Positions 1-9,634 are shown, numbered from the stretch's first letter. The stretch: 64,000 nt of DNA from Patescibacteria group bacterium (GCA_041645165.1 JBAZQN010000011.1:1254-65253); one strand, 5' to 3'. Translations and numbers: made by a program. Notes: generated from the letters alone by a model not told the origin.

Positions 1-798
1 AAAATAAGCCCGGGAGGGAAATTATTAGGCATTGACCTGGATGATGAGGCTATCGCGCGCGCCAGGGAACGGCTTCGCCGATTCGGGAACAGGGTAATCC
101 TTGCACAGGGTAATTTTCGCGAACTCGCCGCATTGCGCCAGAAATTTTTCCCCTATCCTGTCTGTGCCGTGCTCCTTGACCTAGGGCTTTCAAGCGACCA
201 GTTGGATAATCCCCGTCGTGGTTTCTCCTTTCTCACGGAAGGGCCGCTCGATATGCGCCTTCGAGGGACAGGAGATGCTTCGACAATCTCTGCGCGCGAG
301 GTGGTCAATACCGCCCCCGAAGCGGATCTTGCACGCATCTTTAGGCAGTACGGTGAAGAACGATTTGCGAACGCGATTGCACATACTCTCGTAGTCGCCC
401 GGGAGCGCAAGCCCATCGAGACGACTCAGGCACTCGCTTCGCTCATTGTAAGCGCCGTACCTCCCCATGCTCGTCGTGTCTCGCGGGTTCATCCCGCAAC
501 GAGAATTTTTCAAGCGTTGAGGATTGCCGTGAATCAAGAACTCGGCTCACTCGAGGAGACCTTGCCGCAAGCGGCAGGTCTCCTCGAGCCTCAAGGCCGA
601 TGCGCGGTCATATCGTTCCATTCTTTGGAAGATCGGATCGTGAAGCACGGGTTCAATGCGCTCGCGCGAAAAAAGATCGTGCGCATCATCACTAAAACCC
701 CCCGCGTTCCCGCATCAGATGAAGTCATAAGAAATCCCCGCGCGCGGAGCGCAAAATTAAGAGTGATTGAAAGATTGGGAGAAAATTATCAATTATAA
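1..798 (+). CDS. rsmH: 16S rRNA m4C1402 methyltransferase RsmH/MraW (5' end outside window)
   Basis: Motifs DLGLSSDQLD..RGFSF..GPLDMR, HPATRIFQALRIAVNQEL, ISFHSLEDRIVK, NPRARSAKLR; frame open from base 1. Confidence 0.97.
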   Translation, partial: KISPGGKLLGIDLDDEAIARARERLRRFGNRVILAQGNFRELAALRQKFFPYPVCAVLLDLGLSSDQLDNPRRGFSFLTEGPLDMRLRGTGDASTISAREVVNTAPEADLARIFRQYGEERFANAIAHTLVVARERKPIETTQALASLIVSAVPPHARRVSRVHPATRIFQALRIAVNQELGSLEETLPQAAGLLEPQGRCAVISFHSLEDRIVKHGFNALARKKIVRIITKTPRVPASDEVIRNPRARSAKLRVIERLGENYQL

Positions 799-985
799 AA
801 TCTTGGAAGATTATCTGCGTTGATCTACGTTCGGCCCCGTCATTCGACGGGGTAAACCGCTTAAGTATATTGCGCTTGCCAGGTCGGATGACCTGGGCCG
901 AATATCTGCGTAGATCAGCGTGGAAACTCGTCTTGTTGATTATCCATGAATCTCAAAAAATAAAAAGTGCGTCGAGAGGCTTACC

Positions 986-1363
986 ATGCTCCATGCCCAA
1001 ACGGTTACGTTAGAGCGTTTCACACCCACACGCGCCACTCAACGGCGTGCGCATGGTCGCACACGGACTGTGTCCTTGCCCTCTGCCATAGGGCTCTTGC
1101 TTGGATGCATTTCTGTAGGCATTGCCTATCTGGTTTCAGTGAGTGCGCAATCAACTACAGGATACGCCTTGCATACGCTGGAGAAGAATTATATTGTTCT
1201 TACCGATGAAGTGCGTACTTTAGAAAGGAGCATCCAAGAGCTTTCTTCCATCAGCGTAATCGAAACCGCCGCGCGGTCCATGGACCTCACAAGTATCGAT
1301 GATCCGCGTTACTTGACTCCTGATACAGGTGTGGCAGTTGGGGAGGGCGTGCAGAAACCGTGA
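986..1363 (+). CDS. FtsL-like bitopic cell division protein
   Basis: One TM helix followed by a coiled coil; lies between rsmH and the PBP gene, the ftsL position. Confidence 0.65.
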   Translation: MLHAQTVTLERFTPTRATQRRAHGRTRTVSLPSAIGLLLGCISVGIAYLVSVSAQSTTGYALHTLEKNYIVLTDEVRTLERSIQELSSISVIETAARSMDLTSIDDPRYLTPDTGVAVGEGVQKP

Positions 1364-1369
1364 GGAGAA

Positions 1370-1515
1370 TAAATTAAGCTTTGCACTTTAGTGGCGTAAA
1401 CTGGCGTTGTTCTGGCGTATATTGGCTTCTATATAATGGCCATAGAAGCTATTTCGGGCTACATTGTCATCAAGATATGGCGAAGCCATACACGCTACTT
1501 TACGCTATACTATTG
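1370..1515. repeat. ~120-bp palindromic element with ~11-nt periodic TGGC/GCTA units; inverted homolog at 35305-35426
   Basis: Aligns by eye with the reverse complement of 35305-35426; this copy has an extra 24-bp insert at 1467-1490. Confidence 0.75.
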
Positions 1516-1540
1516 AAATTTCGATACGATAAAATAAGGT

Positions 1541-3304
1541 ATGGCTCGTCTCATTTCAGTTCGCTCCCGCAAGTCAGAGGATAAACGGTTGACAATATTG
1601 AAAACCGTTTTTTTTCTTTTTGGTTTGATATTAATAGGCAGGCTCTTTGAGCTTCAAGTGCTTAAAGGCAAAGCCTATTCCCTGAAGGCTGATGAGCAAT
1701 ATTCTGTGCGCAGGACCGTGGAGGCGCCGCGGGGGCTCATTTTTGTCCATGAGCGCACCCAAGAGGATGCAGATGATGAGTTGTTCCCCATCGCCCGAAA
1801 CGTAAACCGCCATTTGATTTACGCGGTTCCTAAGGATATTGAAAATCCGGAGGAAACCATCGGCATATTAAGCCCCCTCTTGGGATTATCGGCTGATGAG
1901 CTATCCAGAAAACTTAATAAACCGCTTGATCCGTTTGAGCCGCTCCTTCACGGGGCCAGTGACGAGATGTGGGCATTGCTGCAAGAGCGCAACATCACGG
2001 GAATCGGCGCACAGGTTGAATATGCCCGGGATTATCCTGAAGGGCTGCTCTTTGGGACGATTACAGGATTTATGCAAGGGGAAGGGGAGGACCGCCGCGG
2101 ACAATACGGCATCGAGCAGGCTTATGAGGATGCCCTGAAGGGCATAAGAGGATTATTTGACGTAGAGCAGGACGCAAATGGGAATGTCATTCCTATCGGA
2201 CGTGAGGATTCATACGCCGCAGTGCCGGGGAGCGATATTATCCTCACCATCGATCATGCGATCCAATATCGCGCCTGTGAGCGGCTTGACCACGCGGTAA
2301 AGCTTCATGGAGCAAAGGGAGGTTCTCTCTTGATTCTTGATCCTGTGACAGGCGCGGTACGCGCACTCTGCGTGACGCCTCGTTTTGATCCGAATAGTTA
2401 CGGATCTGTGAAAGATTTGAGCGTATACCTTAATCAGATAATTACAGCTCCATGGGAGCCAGGATCCATATTTAAAGCGATTACCATGGCTGCGGCATTG
2501 GAACATGAGGTAGTGACTCCTGATACGACGTATGTGGATATCGGGAGCGTGACCTTGGACAAAGAAACGATTAAAAATGCTGACAATAAGGTATATGGCG
2601 AACAGACCATGACGCAGGTGCTTGCGAATTCTATCAACACGGGCGCGGTGTATGCGCAGCGAAAGGTGGGAAAAGATATTTTCCGCACCACAGTGGAAGC
2701 GTTTGGGTTTGGGCGCAAGACCGGCATTGAGCTGCCTGCGGAAAATTCGGGCAATATATCTTCGCTTACCAAACGCGGAGAAATTTATGCCGCCACTGCC
2801 TCATTCGGGCAAGGCATTACCGTGACTCCCCTGCAGATGGCAGCGGCGTTTGGCGCCATTGCAAATGGCGGCGTGCTTATGAAGCCTTATATTGTCGAAG
2901 AAGTGATTGATGCGGACGGGAAAAAAATAAAAACTGCGCCGCAAGAGGTCGGGCGTGTGATTTCACAACGCACTGCGATTGTGCTGCGCGCAATGCTGGT
3001 GAACGTGGTCGAAGAAGGGCATGGCAAGCGCGCAGGCGTGCAAGGGTACTGGGTCGCGGGGAAAACCGGCACGGCCCAGGTCGCGCGGAAAGGCGGAAAG
3101 GGGTATGATCCGTACAAGACGATAGGCTCGTTTATCGGGTTTGGCCCGGTGGATGCGCCGCGATTTGTGATGCTGGTGAAGATAGACGAACCTTCCAGCG
3201 TAAAGTTTGCGGAGAGCACTGCGGCGCCGGTATTCGGCGAAATGGCAAATTTTTTGTTCCAGTATTACCGCATAAAACCGACACGTGAGGTGGTGAAGAA
3301 GTAA
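1541..3304 (+). CDS. ftsI: Class B penicillin-binding protein (FtsI/PBP3-like)
   Basis: N-terminal TM, PRGxI dimerisation motif, EPGSIFK (SxxK), SIN (SxN), KTGTAQ. Confidence 0.92.
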   Translation: MARLISVRSRKSEDKRLTILKTVFFLFGLILIGRLFELQVLKGKAYSLKADEQYSVRRTVEAPRGLIFVHERTQEDADDELFPIARNVNRHLIYAVPKDIENPEETIGILSPLLGLSADELSRKLNKPLDPFEPLLHGASDEMWALLQERNITGIGAQVEYARDYPEGLLFGTITGFMQGEGEDRRGQYGIEQAYEDALKGIRGLFDVEQDANGNVIPIGREDSYAAVPGSDIILTIDHAIQYRACERLDHAVKLHGAKGGSLLILDPVTGAVRALCVTPRFDPNSYGSVKDLSVYLNQIITAPWEPGSIFKAITMAAALEHEVVTPDTTYVDIGSVTLDKETIKNADNKVYGEQTMTQVLANSINTGAVYAQRKVGKDIFRTTVEAFGFGRKTGIELPAENSGNISSLTKRGEIYAATASFGQGITVTPLQMAAAFGAIANGGVLMKPYIVEEVIDADGKKIKTAPQEVGRVISQRTAIVLRAMLVNVVEEGHGKRAGVQGYWVAGKTGTAQVARKGGKGYDPYKTIGSFIGFGPVDAPRFVMLVKIDEPSSVKFAESTAAPVFGEMANFLFQYYRIKPTREVVKK

Positions 3305-3343
3305 GATAATAACTGCTCATCTATCACCCATTTTCTGCAGGAA

Positions 3344-3430
3344 CGCTTCGGGAACTGACAATTTTGTTCGGCGTCGCGATCAAGCAGCTTGATACGCCTT
3401 TCCGCCTCAAAAATTGCAGTCCCCTCGCTT
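3344..3430 (+). repeat. ~80-bp structured repeat family (other copies ~15722-15801, 34150-34233, 57755-57841)
   Basis: Shared core TCGGCG(T/G)CGCGATC(A/T)AGC...CGCC...CCGCCTC..AAAT(T/C)GC; all four copies in + orientation. Confidence 0.85.
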
Positions 3431-3526
3431 TTCCATCAAGTCTGTGTGCAGTTATTTAAGATTAGGGTAGAAAAGATTGATGGTTTGAGGTACAATTATT
3501 CTGTTCCATGTTCCATATTTTAACCT

Positions 3527-4822
3527 ATGTCACTGAAACGTAAATTAATACAACGAATCTTGGGTTGGTTCGCCCGTAAAATAATCCATAAATATCAGCC
3601 AAGGGTGATAGGGATTACGGGAAGCGTCGGCAAGACGTCAGCGAAGGAGGCGGTCGCCAAAGTGCTTGAGGGGAGTTTTGCGGTGCGCAAAAATGAGAGG
3701 AATTATAATACGGAAATCGGCATCCCGCTTGCCATTATTGGCTATGCAGGGCAGCCGAAATCTTTTTTTAATTGGCTAGAGGTGCTTCTGAATGCGATTG
3801 AGCTGCTGCTTTTTAAAGACCGCGGCTATCCCACTGTACTCGTGCTTGAGATGGGCGCTGACCATCCCGGCGATATTCGGACGCTCACAAAAATTGCGCC
3901 TTGCGATATCGGCGTCGTAACCGCAGTGGGGCCCACGCACTTGGAATATTTTAGTACGGTGGAAGAAGTGCTGAAGGAAAAATCCATCCTCGTTTCACAT
4001 TTACGAAAAGGGGGAACGGCGATACTCAATCACGATGACGCGCTTGTGTATCCCTTGCGGCACAGAACACAAGCGCAGGTGTTTACCTATGGCTATGCGG
4101 CATCCGCATCGGTACAAGCGGTCGAGGCGAAGACCTCACTTGATCCTTGGCTTCAAAATAAAAAGAGCGATTATTTGGGCGGCGTGACGTTCAAGCTGGT
4201 TTTTCAAGGCGCGACCGTGCCCATCCGTCTCCAAGGGCTTATCGGTAACCCGCCCGTGTATGCCGCACTCGCCGCTGCGGCCGTCGGCATCAACCTCGGC
4301 CTCAATCTCCATACGATCGCAGAGCGGTTGAGTGCATTGAAAGGATTGCCTGGACGGCTCACACTCATCCGTGGCGTGCGCGGCACGCTTATTATTGATG
4401 ATACCTATAATTCCTCGCCCGTAGCTGCAGTGGAGGCGTTGTCGCTCCTGCGGGATTTGGCGCCTTCTGGACATCGCACGTGGGCGGTATTGGGCGATAT
4501 GCTTGAATTGGGCGCATACACAAAAGAAGCGCATGAGGAGGTGGGGAGCGCGGTGGTGGCGAAAGCGAACGCCAGTATGCTCATAACCGTGGGAGAACGG
4601 GCACGCGATATTGCGCGCGCAGCAATGAAAGCGGGGTTAAGCAGTAATATGGTGTTTAGTTTCGCCACCCCAGAGGAGGCGGGACGATTTATCCAAAATA
4701 GACTCCAGGAGGGAGATGTGTTGCTGGTGAAGGGCTCGCGGGGAATGCATATGGAAACCGTGGTAAAAGAGCTTATGGCAGAACCCTTAAGGGCGGATGA
4801 ATTGCTTGTGCATGAGCATTGA
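3527..4822 (+). CDS. murF: UDP-N-acetylmuramoyl-tripeptide--D-Ala-D-Ala ligase
   Basis: GITGSVGKTS P-loop, NYNTEIGIP, LEMGADHPG, DDTYNSSP, LGDMLELG, LVKGSRG. Confidence 0.95.
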   Translation: MSLKRKLIQRILGWFARKIIHKYQPRVIGITGSVGKTSAKEAVAKVLEGSFAVRKNERNYNTEIGIPLAIIGYAGQPKSFFNWLEVLLNAIELLLFKDRGYPTVLVLEMGADHPGDIRTLTKIAPCDIGVVTAVGPTHLEYFSTVEEVLKEKSILVSHLRKGGTAILNHDDALVYPLRHRTQAQVFTYGYAASASVQAVEAKTSLDPWLQNKKSDYLGGVTFKLVFQGATVPIRLQGLIGNPPVYAALAAAAVGINLGLNLHTIAERLSALKGLPGRLTLIRGVRGTLIIDDTYNSSPVAAVEALSLLRDLAPSGHRTWAVLGDMLELGAYTKEAHEEVGSAVVAKANASMLITVGERARDIARAAMKAGLSSNMVFSFATPEEAGRFIQNRLQEGDVLLVKGSRGMHMETVVKELMAEPLRADELLVHEH

Positions 4823-4826
4823 GGGT

Positions 4827-4970
4827 GTATGCGCACATTGGGGATGTATATTCCTACACAAAACCCCCTCTTTAGTCTCCCCCTTTCAGGGGGAGAACAT
4901 CCATCAATCGTCCTCCCCTTAAAAAGGGGGAGGATGAAGGTGGGGGTGTCGATGGCCGGTGAGCATGTGC
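4827..4970. repeat. ~145-bp composite palindromic element (other copies 8113-8256 and 52220-52492; this copy inverted)
   Basis: Terminal inverted repeats (TACGC)GCTCACTG...CAGTGAGCG enclosing two CTCCCCC..GGGGGAG hairpins. Confidence 0.8.
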
Positions 4971-5022
4971 TTAAAGGTATCTTGACTTTAAAGTTATAAA
5001 CTGGTAACTCATTATTACGCAC

Positions 5023-5094
5023 GGCCTCTTCGTCTAGCGGCTAGGACATCTGGTTCTCAGCCAGAGAACAGGGGTTCAATTCCCCTAGAGGCTA
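5023..5094 (+). tRNA. tRNA-Glu(CTC), CCA not encoded
   Basis: Acceptor GGCCTCT/AGAGGCT, D arm, anticodon arm TCTGG-TTCTCAG-CCAGA, T arm AGGGG-TTCAATT-CCCCT. Confidence 0.95.
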
Positions 5095-5109
5095 ATTTCT
5101 AATTTAGGG

Positions 5110-5200
5110 TCAGCCATAGAACCCGGGTTCAAATCCCGGTGGCGGTAGTTGGTGCGGGGTCAGCGCAGGGACACCGGTTCAAATCCGATTGGGGCTGCCA
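5110..5200 (+). pseudogene. Two tandem tRNA(Glu-like) 3'-half fragments (5110-5147, 5160-5200)
   Basis: Each starts TCAG like the resident anticodon loop and has a GGTTCAAATCC T arm and acceptor 3' strand; the second ends CCA; no 5' halves. Confidence 0.8.
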
Positions 5201-5356
5201 TTTGAGAAAGGTCAAATTCACAGAAATCGCCTTGCTTCGCTCGACAATCAAATTATAAGGAATAATAGGCTTAAAAATCAGTTGGCGATTCTGGATTAGA
5301 AATAAAAGAAAATTTTTCATAGTTTTTATAAATTAATTTTTTAATTTACAAAATAT

Positions 5357-6130
5357 ATGTCATCTGAATTCGGACTGTCTCTCGAACAAATGGGAATAAA
5401 ACCGGAAGAAGTCAAAACTGAAACGCCAAAACAAGTTATTTATTCACCCACTTCTGTTGATAATCAACCTGACCATCGACAAGAAGAAATAGAAGTGAAA
5501 CAACGACAGGATACAGAAAAAATTAGAGAAAGTTTGAAAATAACTGAACCTACCGCGAAAATTGGTAATGCTGAAGAAAAAGGAGGTAATTCTGCAGAAA
5601 TACAAAAAGTTGATATAGCGCAAGCCACAGCTGATCTCGAACAGCAGTTTAATGATTTTCTTGAATCTTTTGCTAAGGAAAATGGGTTGGATGATTATAA
5701 TATTCATCAACTTCAGGAAGCTGCTCAAAAAATGCGGCTTAAAGGAGAAGCTGCGCTAGTAGAAAACAATATTAGAGAAAGAGATAAAGTGGAACAAATG
5801 CGCGTGGATGAGGCCACGGTTAATGAAAAAACTGAGCAACTTAATAGTATTGTTGGTAGGTGTAACAATGGATTAGATGAAATTGATGGCATAGAATTTA
5901 GGGGCAAGGTTCAGGCATTAAATGATGAGCTAAAGAAAGTAAATGAAGCTGCTGAAAGACAGGGCGAAAAGAAAATTCGGTCTTTTCTGTCAGCTGATTA
6001 TGGTGACGATTCATTTGTAAGGAAAATTTTTCGTGATAGAGACATGGCTAATGTAGCTCTCGAATCACTAAGAACAACTGTACAAAAAATTGCTGAAGGC
6101 ATAAAGCGAGGTTCGCGGTATGGTTATTAA
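5357..6130 (+). CDS. Hypothetical coiled-coil, Glu/Lys-rich protein (AT-rich)
   Basis: 257-aa ORF, low GC, no recognised motif. Confidence 0.75.
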   Translation: MSSEFGLSLEQMGIKPEEVKTETPKQVIYSPTSVDNQPDHRQEEIEVKQRQDTEKIRESLKITEPTAKIGNAEEKGGNSAEIQKVDIAQATADLEQQFNDFLESFAKENGLDDYNIHQLQEAAQKMRLKGEAALVENNIRERDKVEQMRVDEATVNEKTEQLNSIVGRCNNGLDEIDGIEFRGKVQALNDELKKVNEAAERQGEKKIRSFLSADYGDDSFVRKIFRDRDMANVALESLRTTVQKIAEGIKRGSRYGY

Positions 6131-6305
6131 CTCATAAAGAATTTGCCGTCATAGAAAAACTAAAAATTGTCATCCCCGCGGCGAAGCCGCGTCAGAATTA
6201 TCAGATTTGGCGTGGTTCGGATGGCCGCCGCCTTCGGTGGCGAAATGAGTTCAAACTAATTTAAGAATACTCTATTTATAATTATAAATATTATTCACTA
6301 ATGTA

Positions 6306-7076
6306 TTGCTTATGATTATAGTATGGTCTATTCTCGGTTTTGCGTTATTATTGCTCATATCAGGTCTGCGGGTGATTGATCAGTATGAGCGGGGAGTAGT
6401 GCTTACCCTTGGAAAATATACGAGCACGCGAGTTCCTGGATTGAGATGGATATTTCCTGTGATCCAGCGGATGATCAAGATAGATCTTCGGATTACGACG
6501 ATTGACATTCCCCAGCAGGAAGTGATTACCAGAGACAACGTGCCGGTGGGGATCAATGCAGTGGTGTACTTCCAGGTAGAGGTGGCGGAAAATGCGATTT
6601 TGAATATCAAGGATTATACTCTTGCGGTGTCCCAGTACGCCCAGGCTGCTTTGCGGGATGTCATTGGCGGGATAGAGCTTGATTCGCTCCTGACGGAGCG
6701 GGAAAAGACCGCGGAGGTGATTAAAAAAATCGTGGACGAGGCCACGAAAGTATGGGGCATCAATGTCACTGACATCAAGATTCAGGATATTGAGCTGCCT
6801 GCGGATATGAAGCGCGTGATGGCCAAGCAGGCAGAAGCCGAGCGTGAACGCCGCGCCATTATCATTAAGGCAGAAGGGGAGTATTCCGCGTCAGAAAGGC
6901 TCGCACAGGCGGCAGAGCGCTTGAGCAGCGCCCCTGGCGGCATATCGCTGCGCACGCTTTCGACTATTGAAAAATTAAATCCTGATCCTTCGAAGATGGT
7001 CATCTTCACGCTGCCGGTAGAATTTTTTGAAGGTATCAAGACGCTCTCGTCATTCCTTCGCGACAAAAAGAAGTAG
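6306..7076 (+). CDS. SPFH/band 7 (stomatin/slipin) family membrane protein
   Basis: N-terminal TM, YERGVVLTLG, DIPQQEVITRDNV, MAKQAEAERERRA. Confidence 0.93.
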   Translation: MLMIIVWSILGFALLLLISGLRVIDQYERGVVLTLGKYTSTRVPGLRWIFPVIQRMIKIDLRITTIDIPQQEVITRDNVPVGINAVVYFQVEVAENAILNIKDYTLAVSQYAQAALRDVIGGIELDSLLTEREKTAEVIKKIVDEATKVWGINVTDIKIQDIELPADMKRVMAKQAEAERERRAIIIKAEGEYSASERLAQAAERLSSAPGGISLRTLSTIEKLNPDPSKMVIFTLPVEFFEGIKTLSSFLRDKKK

Positions 7077-7185
7077 AGGGGTTTATTCAAGCGTAGAGTA
7101 GCGTGGCAGTTTATCTGCCACCCACCATGTCGCAGACATCCCAGTCATTCGACGGGATAAAAGCTGCGACGCTACAGAGAGCTAA

Positions 7186-7285
7186 GGCGCCGTAAAAAAA
7201 TAACATATCCCGCCATCTACGCCGTACGTCAACAAAATAAGGACAAACCTATGGGACAAGTGAAATGTTATTTTTTTAAGCGCCC
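7186..7285. mobile_element. 100-bp MITE with TAA target-site duplication; identical copy at 52325-52424
   Basis: Imperfect 21-bp TIRs GGCGCCGTAAAAAAATAACAT / ATGTTATTTTTTTAAGCGCCC; flanked TAA..TAA here and TTA..TTA at the second copy. Confidence 0.9.
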
Positions 7286-7301
7286 TAATGTGCTGAAGGG
7301 C

Positions 7302-8063
7302 TTATTTGATCACTTTCAAGAATCCCTCGACAAGGCTTGCCGTTTCTTCGGTGCTCTGGAATACCGATTTCCAGACCACGACAATGTCAGCGTCGTTGAA
7401 GATGACGCTCTGCGCTTCGCGGAGGGTGTCGCCGCCTGCGACCGCGATAAGCACGTCATAGTTCCCTTTGATCCTCCTGATCTCATGCAAGGGGAGCATC
7501 TTTTGCCTGTTAATCCGCTCTTCATCCACGCCGCGGTGGAGGATAACCACCGGCGGTATTTTTTTAAGCGCGCGCAGCACGGTGAGGGGAAATTCCACGT
7601 TCATCATGTCCACCATGGCGTCGAGCCCGAGCGATTGGCAGGTATCGATAAATGCATTAAGTGTTTCCACTGGCGCGTTTCCCAGTGCTACCGCGGCGCT
7701 CGCGCCGGCACGCGCCGCCATTTCGACTTCCGTGGATCCTCTGTCCATGGTTTTTAAGTCAGCAATGATATAAGGAATTTCAGTTATTTCATTTTGGAGT
7801 TGGAGAGGATGAGAGAGGGAGGAAAGTGCAAACCGGGGGTTAATCGTAAAGCGTCCGTATAATTTTTCGCTCCACCAATATACGATTTTTCTGATGCCCT
7901 CCTCGCCATACTGCTTGATAAGGGGTGTGCCCGCCTCTATCAAAATGCGGTTATCAGGAGGCAGCTGTTCAATAATACTGCGGGCTTCTTCAAGCGTATT
8001 GTTGAGCGCCACTTGCAGATAGCGCTTTTTATGGTCAAGTTTTGACTTATTCTTATTCATCAT
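7302..8063 (-). CDS. OMP decarboxylase / 3-hexulose-6-phosphate synthase (HUMPS) family TIM-barrel protein
   Basis: LQVAL, IEAGTPLIK.YG, IADLKTMD.G, LHRGVDE, VAGG. Confidence 0.85.
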   Translation of the reverse strand: MMNKNKSKLDHKKRYLQVALNNTLEEARSIIEQLPPDNRILIEAGTPLIKQYGEEGIRKIVYWWSEKLYGRFTINPRFALSSLSHPLQLQNEITEIPYIIADLKTMDRGSTEVEMAARAGASAAVALGNAPVETLNAFIDTCQSLGLDAMVDMMNVEFPLTVLRALKKIPPVVILHRGVDEERINRQKMLPLHEIRRIKGNYDVLIAVAGGDTLREAQSVIFNDADIVVVWKSVFQSTEETASLVEGFLKVIK

Positions 8064-8482
8064 ACCTCATTAGTATACCAGCATTTGAATGAAAAAATAA
8101 TAGAGATGCATATATACGCTCACTGGCCATCGACACCCCTACCACGCCACTCCCTTTTTACGGGGAGGACATAATCGTTGTTCTCCCCCTCCGGTAGGGG
8201 GAGAATCACGAGAGGGGGTTTCATTCGGGAATACATATCCCCCCAGTGAGCGAGTACAGATGCATTTGAATGAGAATTTAGTTTTCTTAAGAAGACGTTA
8301 AATTGTCGATCGATGATTTAACGTCATTCACTTTTATGGAATATTTGTAGGATAGTTGGTAGATGAGTGAGTTGAATGCAAAAAATCCCGTACTTGAATG
8401 TATATAAGCCGGGATTTTTTATAAGTTGACCCATATTTGGGCACCTCCTTTCCTAGGTTGAGATTAGAGGCAGTGGTCGTAG

Positions 8483-8665
8483 TTACGACCGTTTATTTTT
8501 TCTTTCTGGGTGGGCACAGGTGACTGAAGCACCCACCAATTCTTCGTAAACTGTCAAATTTTTTTTATATCGACAGTTTACCCTTTTTTGCTGCCAAAAG
8601 AACTCCCTAGTCTGCGCCGATTTCATCTCAACCAGCGGACATTTTTCTGAATGGCAGATTTCCAT
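8483..8665 (-). CDS. Small 4-Cys protein (60 aa), paralog of 8687-8854
   Basis: Strong SD AAGGAGGTGA; MEICHSEKCPLV...W...C...C. Confidence 0.6.
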   Translation of the reverse strand: MEICHSEKCPLVEMKSAQTREFFWQQKRVNCRYKKNLTVYEELVGASVTCAHPERKNKRS

Positions 8666-8686
8666 GATACTCACCTCCTTTCAGGT

Positions 8687-8854
8687 TTATTTTTCATTCT
8701 TTTTTGGGAGGGGCAGTCGCTTGCACTCCCCATTCCCAGTAGGATTTGGAATACGATGTTTACATTTATTCCAAATCCACATCCACCCAACCTCTCCTTT
8801 CCCCTCAATAACAAGAGGGCAAGGCAACGAATGGCAATTTCCATACCTAGTCAA
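8687..8854 (-). CDS. Small 4-Cys protein (55 aa, TTG start), not in ORF track
   Basis: SD AAGGAGGTGA 6 nt before TTG; translates MTRYGNCHSLPCPLVIEGKGEVGWMWIWNKCKHRIPNPTGNGECKRLPLPKKNEK. Confidence 0.55.
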   Translation of the reverse strand: MTRYGNCHSLPCPLVIEGKGEVGWMWIWNKCKHRIPNPTGNGECKRLPLPKKNEK

Positions 8855-9040
8855 TTTTATTCACCTCCTTTCATGGAGTTTTTAGGAGAACATTTTTTAC
8901 GCTCACACCATAGCATTGAAATCCCTGTATGTAAAGTGGTTCTGTGCAATATGGGATAGAATTTGGTATACTGTTTAGAGAAGGAAGATACAAGGTACAA
9001 GAAACAAGTAACAAGAAATTTGATGTTGGATAAAAAGAGT

Positions 9041-9559
9041 ATGCAAATTTCAGGGATAAGCGAAAAAGAATTACAAAAGAAATTGCGGGTGGGGTGGTTT
9101 ACGTTTACCTGCTGCGAGGATTCGACCATTATCATGACGGAAGTCATGAATGAGCATTGGGAAGAATGGAAGCGGTTTATTGATTTCCGCCACGCGCGGG
9201 TGTTGCGGACGGATAATATCCTCGATGAGCTTGACGTGGCGTTTGTGGAAGGCGCCATTTCGTCAGACCGTCAAGCGGCGCGCCTGAAGGAGATCCGCGA
9301 GAAAGCGAAACGCCTCGTGGCAGTAGGGGCGTGCGCGGTCATAGGGATGCCCTCATCCCAGCGCAATTTATTTGACGAGTCCACAAAGCGCGCCATCCAA
9401 TTCCTCGTGGACCGGTTTGGGCAGAAGGAATTGGTGAGGACGGTGAAGGAGCTTGTAAAGGTAGACGCAGAACTACCCGGTTGCCCGATGAATGAACAGA
9501 AATTTCTAGAAGTGTTGGAGAGGTATCTTAAGGAGTTTAATATTATCAAGGGATCATAA
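9041..9559 (+). CDS. NiFe hydrogenase small (delta-like) subunit, truncated NuoB-like Fe-S domain
   Basis: GWFTFTCCEDS, DVAFVEGAI, LVAVGACA, VDAELPGCP; start position uncertain. Confidence 0.88.
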   Translation: MQISGISEKELQKKLRVGWFTFTCCEDSTIIMTEVMNEHWEEWKRFIDFRHARVLRTDNILDELDVAFVEGAISSDRQAARLKEIREKAKRLVAVGACAVIGMPSSQRNLFDESTKRAIQFLVDRFGQKELVRTVKELVKVDAELPGCPMNEQKFLEVLERYLKEFNIIKGS

Positions 9560-9594
9560 CTCACCCCAGCCCTCTCTTATCCTAAGAGAGGGAG
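9557..9594. repeat. 38-bp REP-like palindrome TAACTCACCCCAGCCCTCTCTTATCCTAAGAGAGGGAG (identical at 10514, 10627, 11077)
   Basis: Four exact copies; the TAA is the stop codon of the preceding gene or gene fragment; relatives at 14030-14175 and 48212-48264. Confidence 0.92.
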
Positions 9595-9634
9595 GTTGTC
9601 ATTCTTCATTGGTGTTTTATTAAGGAGAATTATT

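Noticed and set aside
5110-5200. Additional functional tRNA genes
   Set aside because: D arms and 5' acceptor strands are missing.
7251-7757. ORFs beginning MGQVKCYFFKRP (also 52390) and MALDVDIRG (37109, 50847) as paralog families
   Set aside because: The shared N-termini are translations of the MITE and of the 230-bp element.
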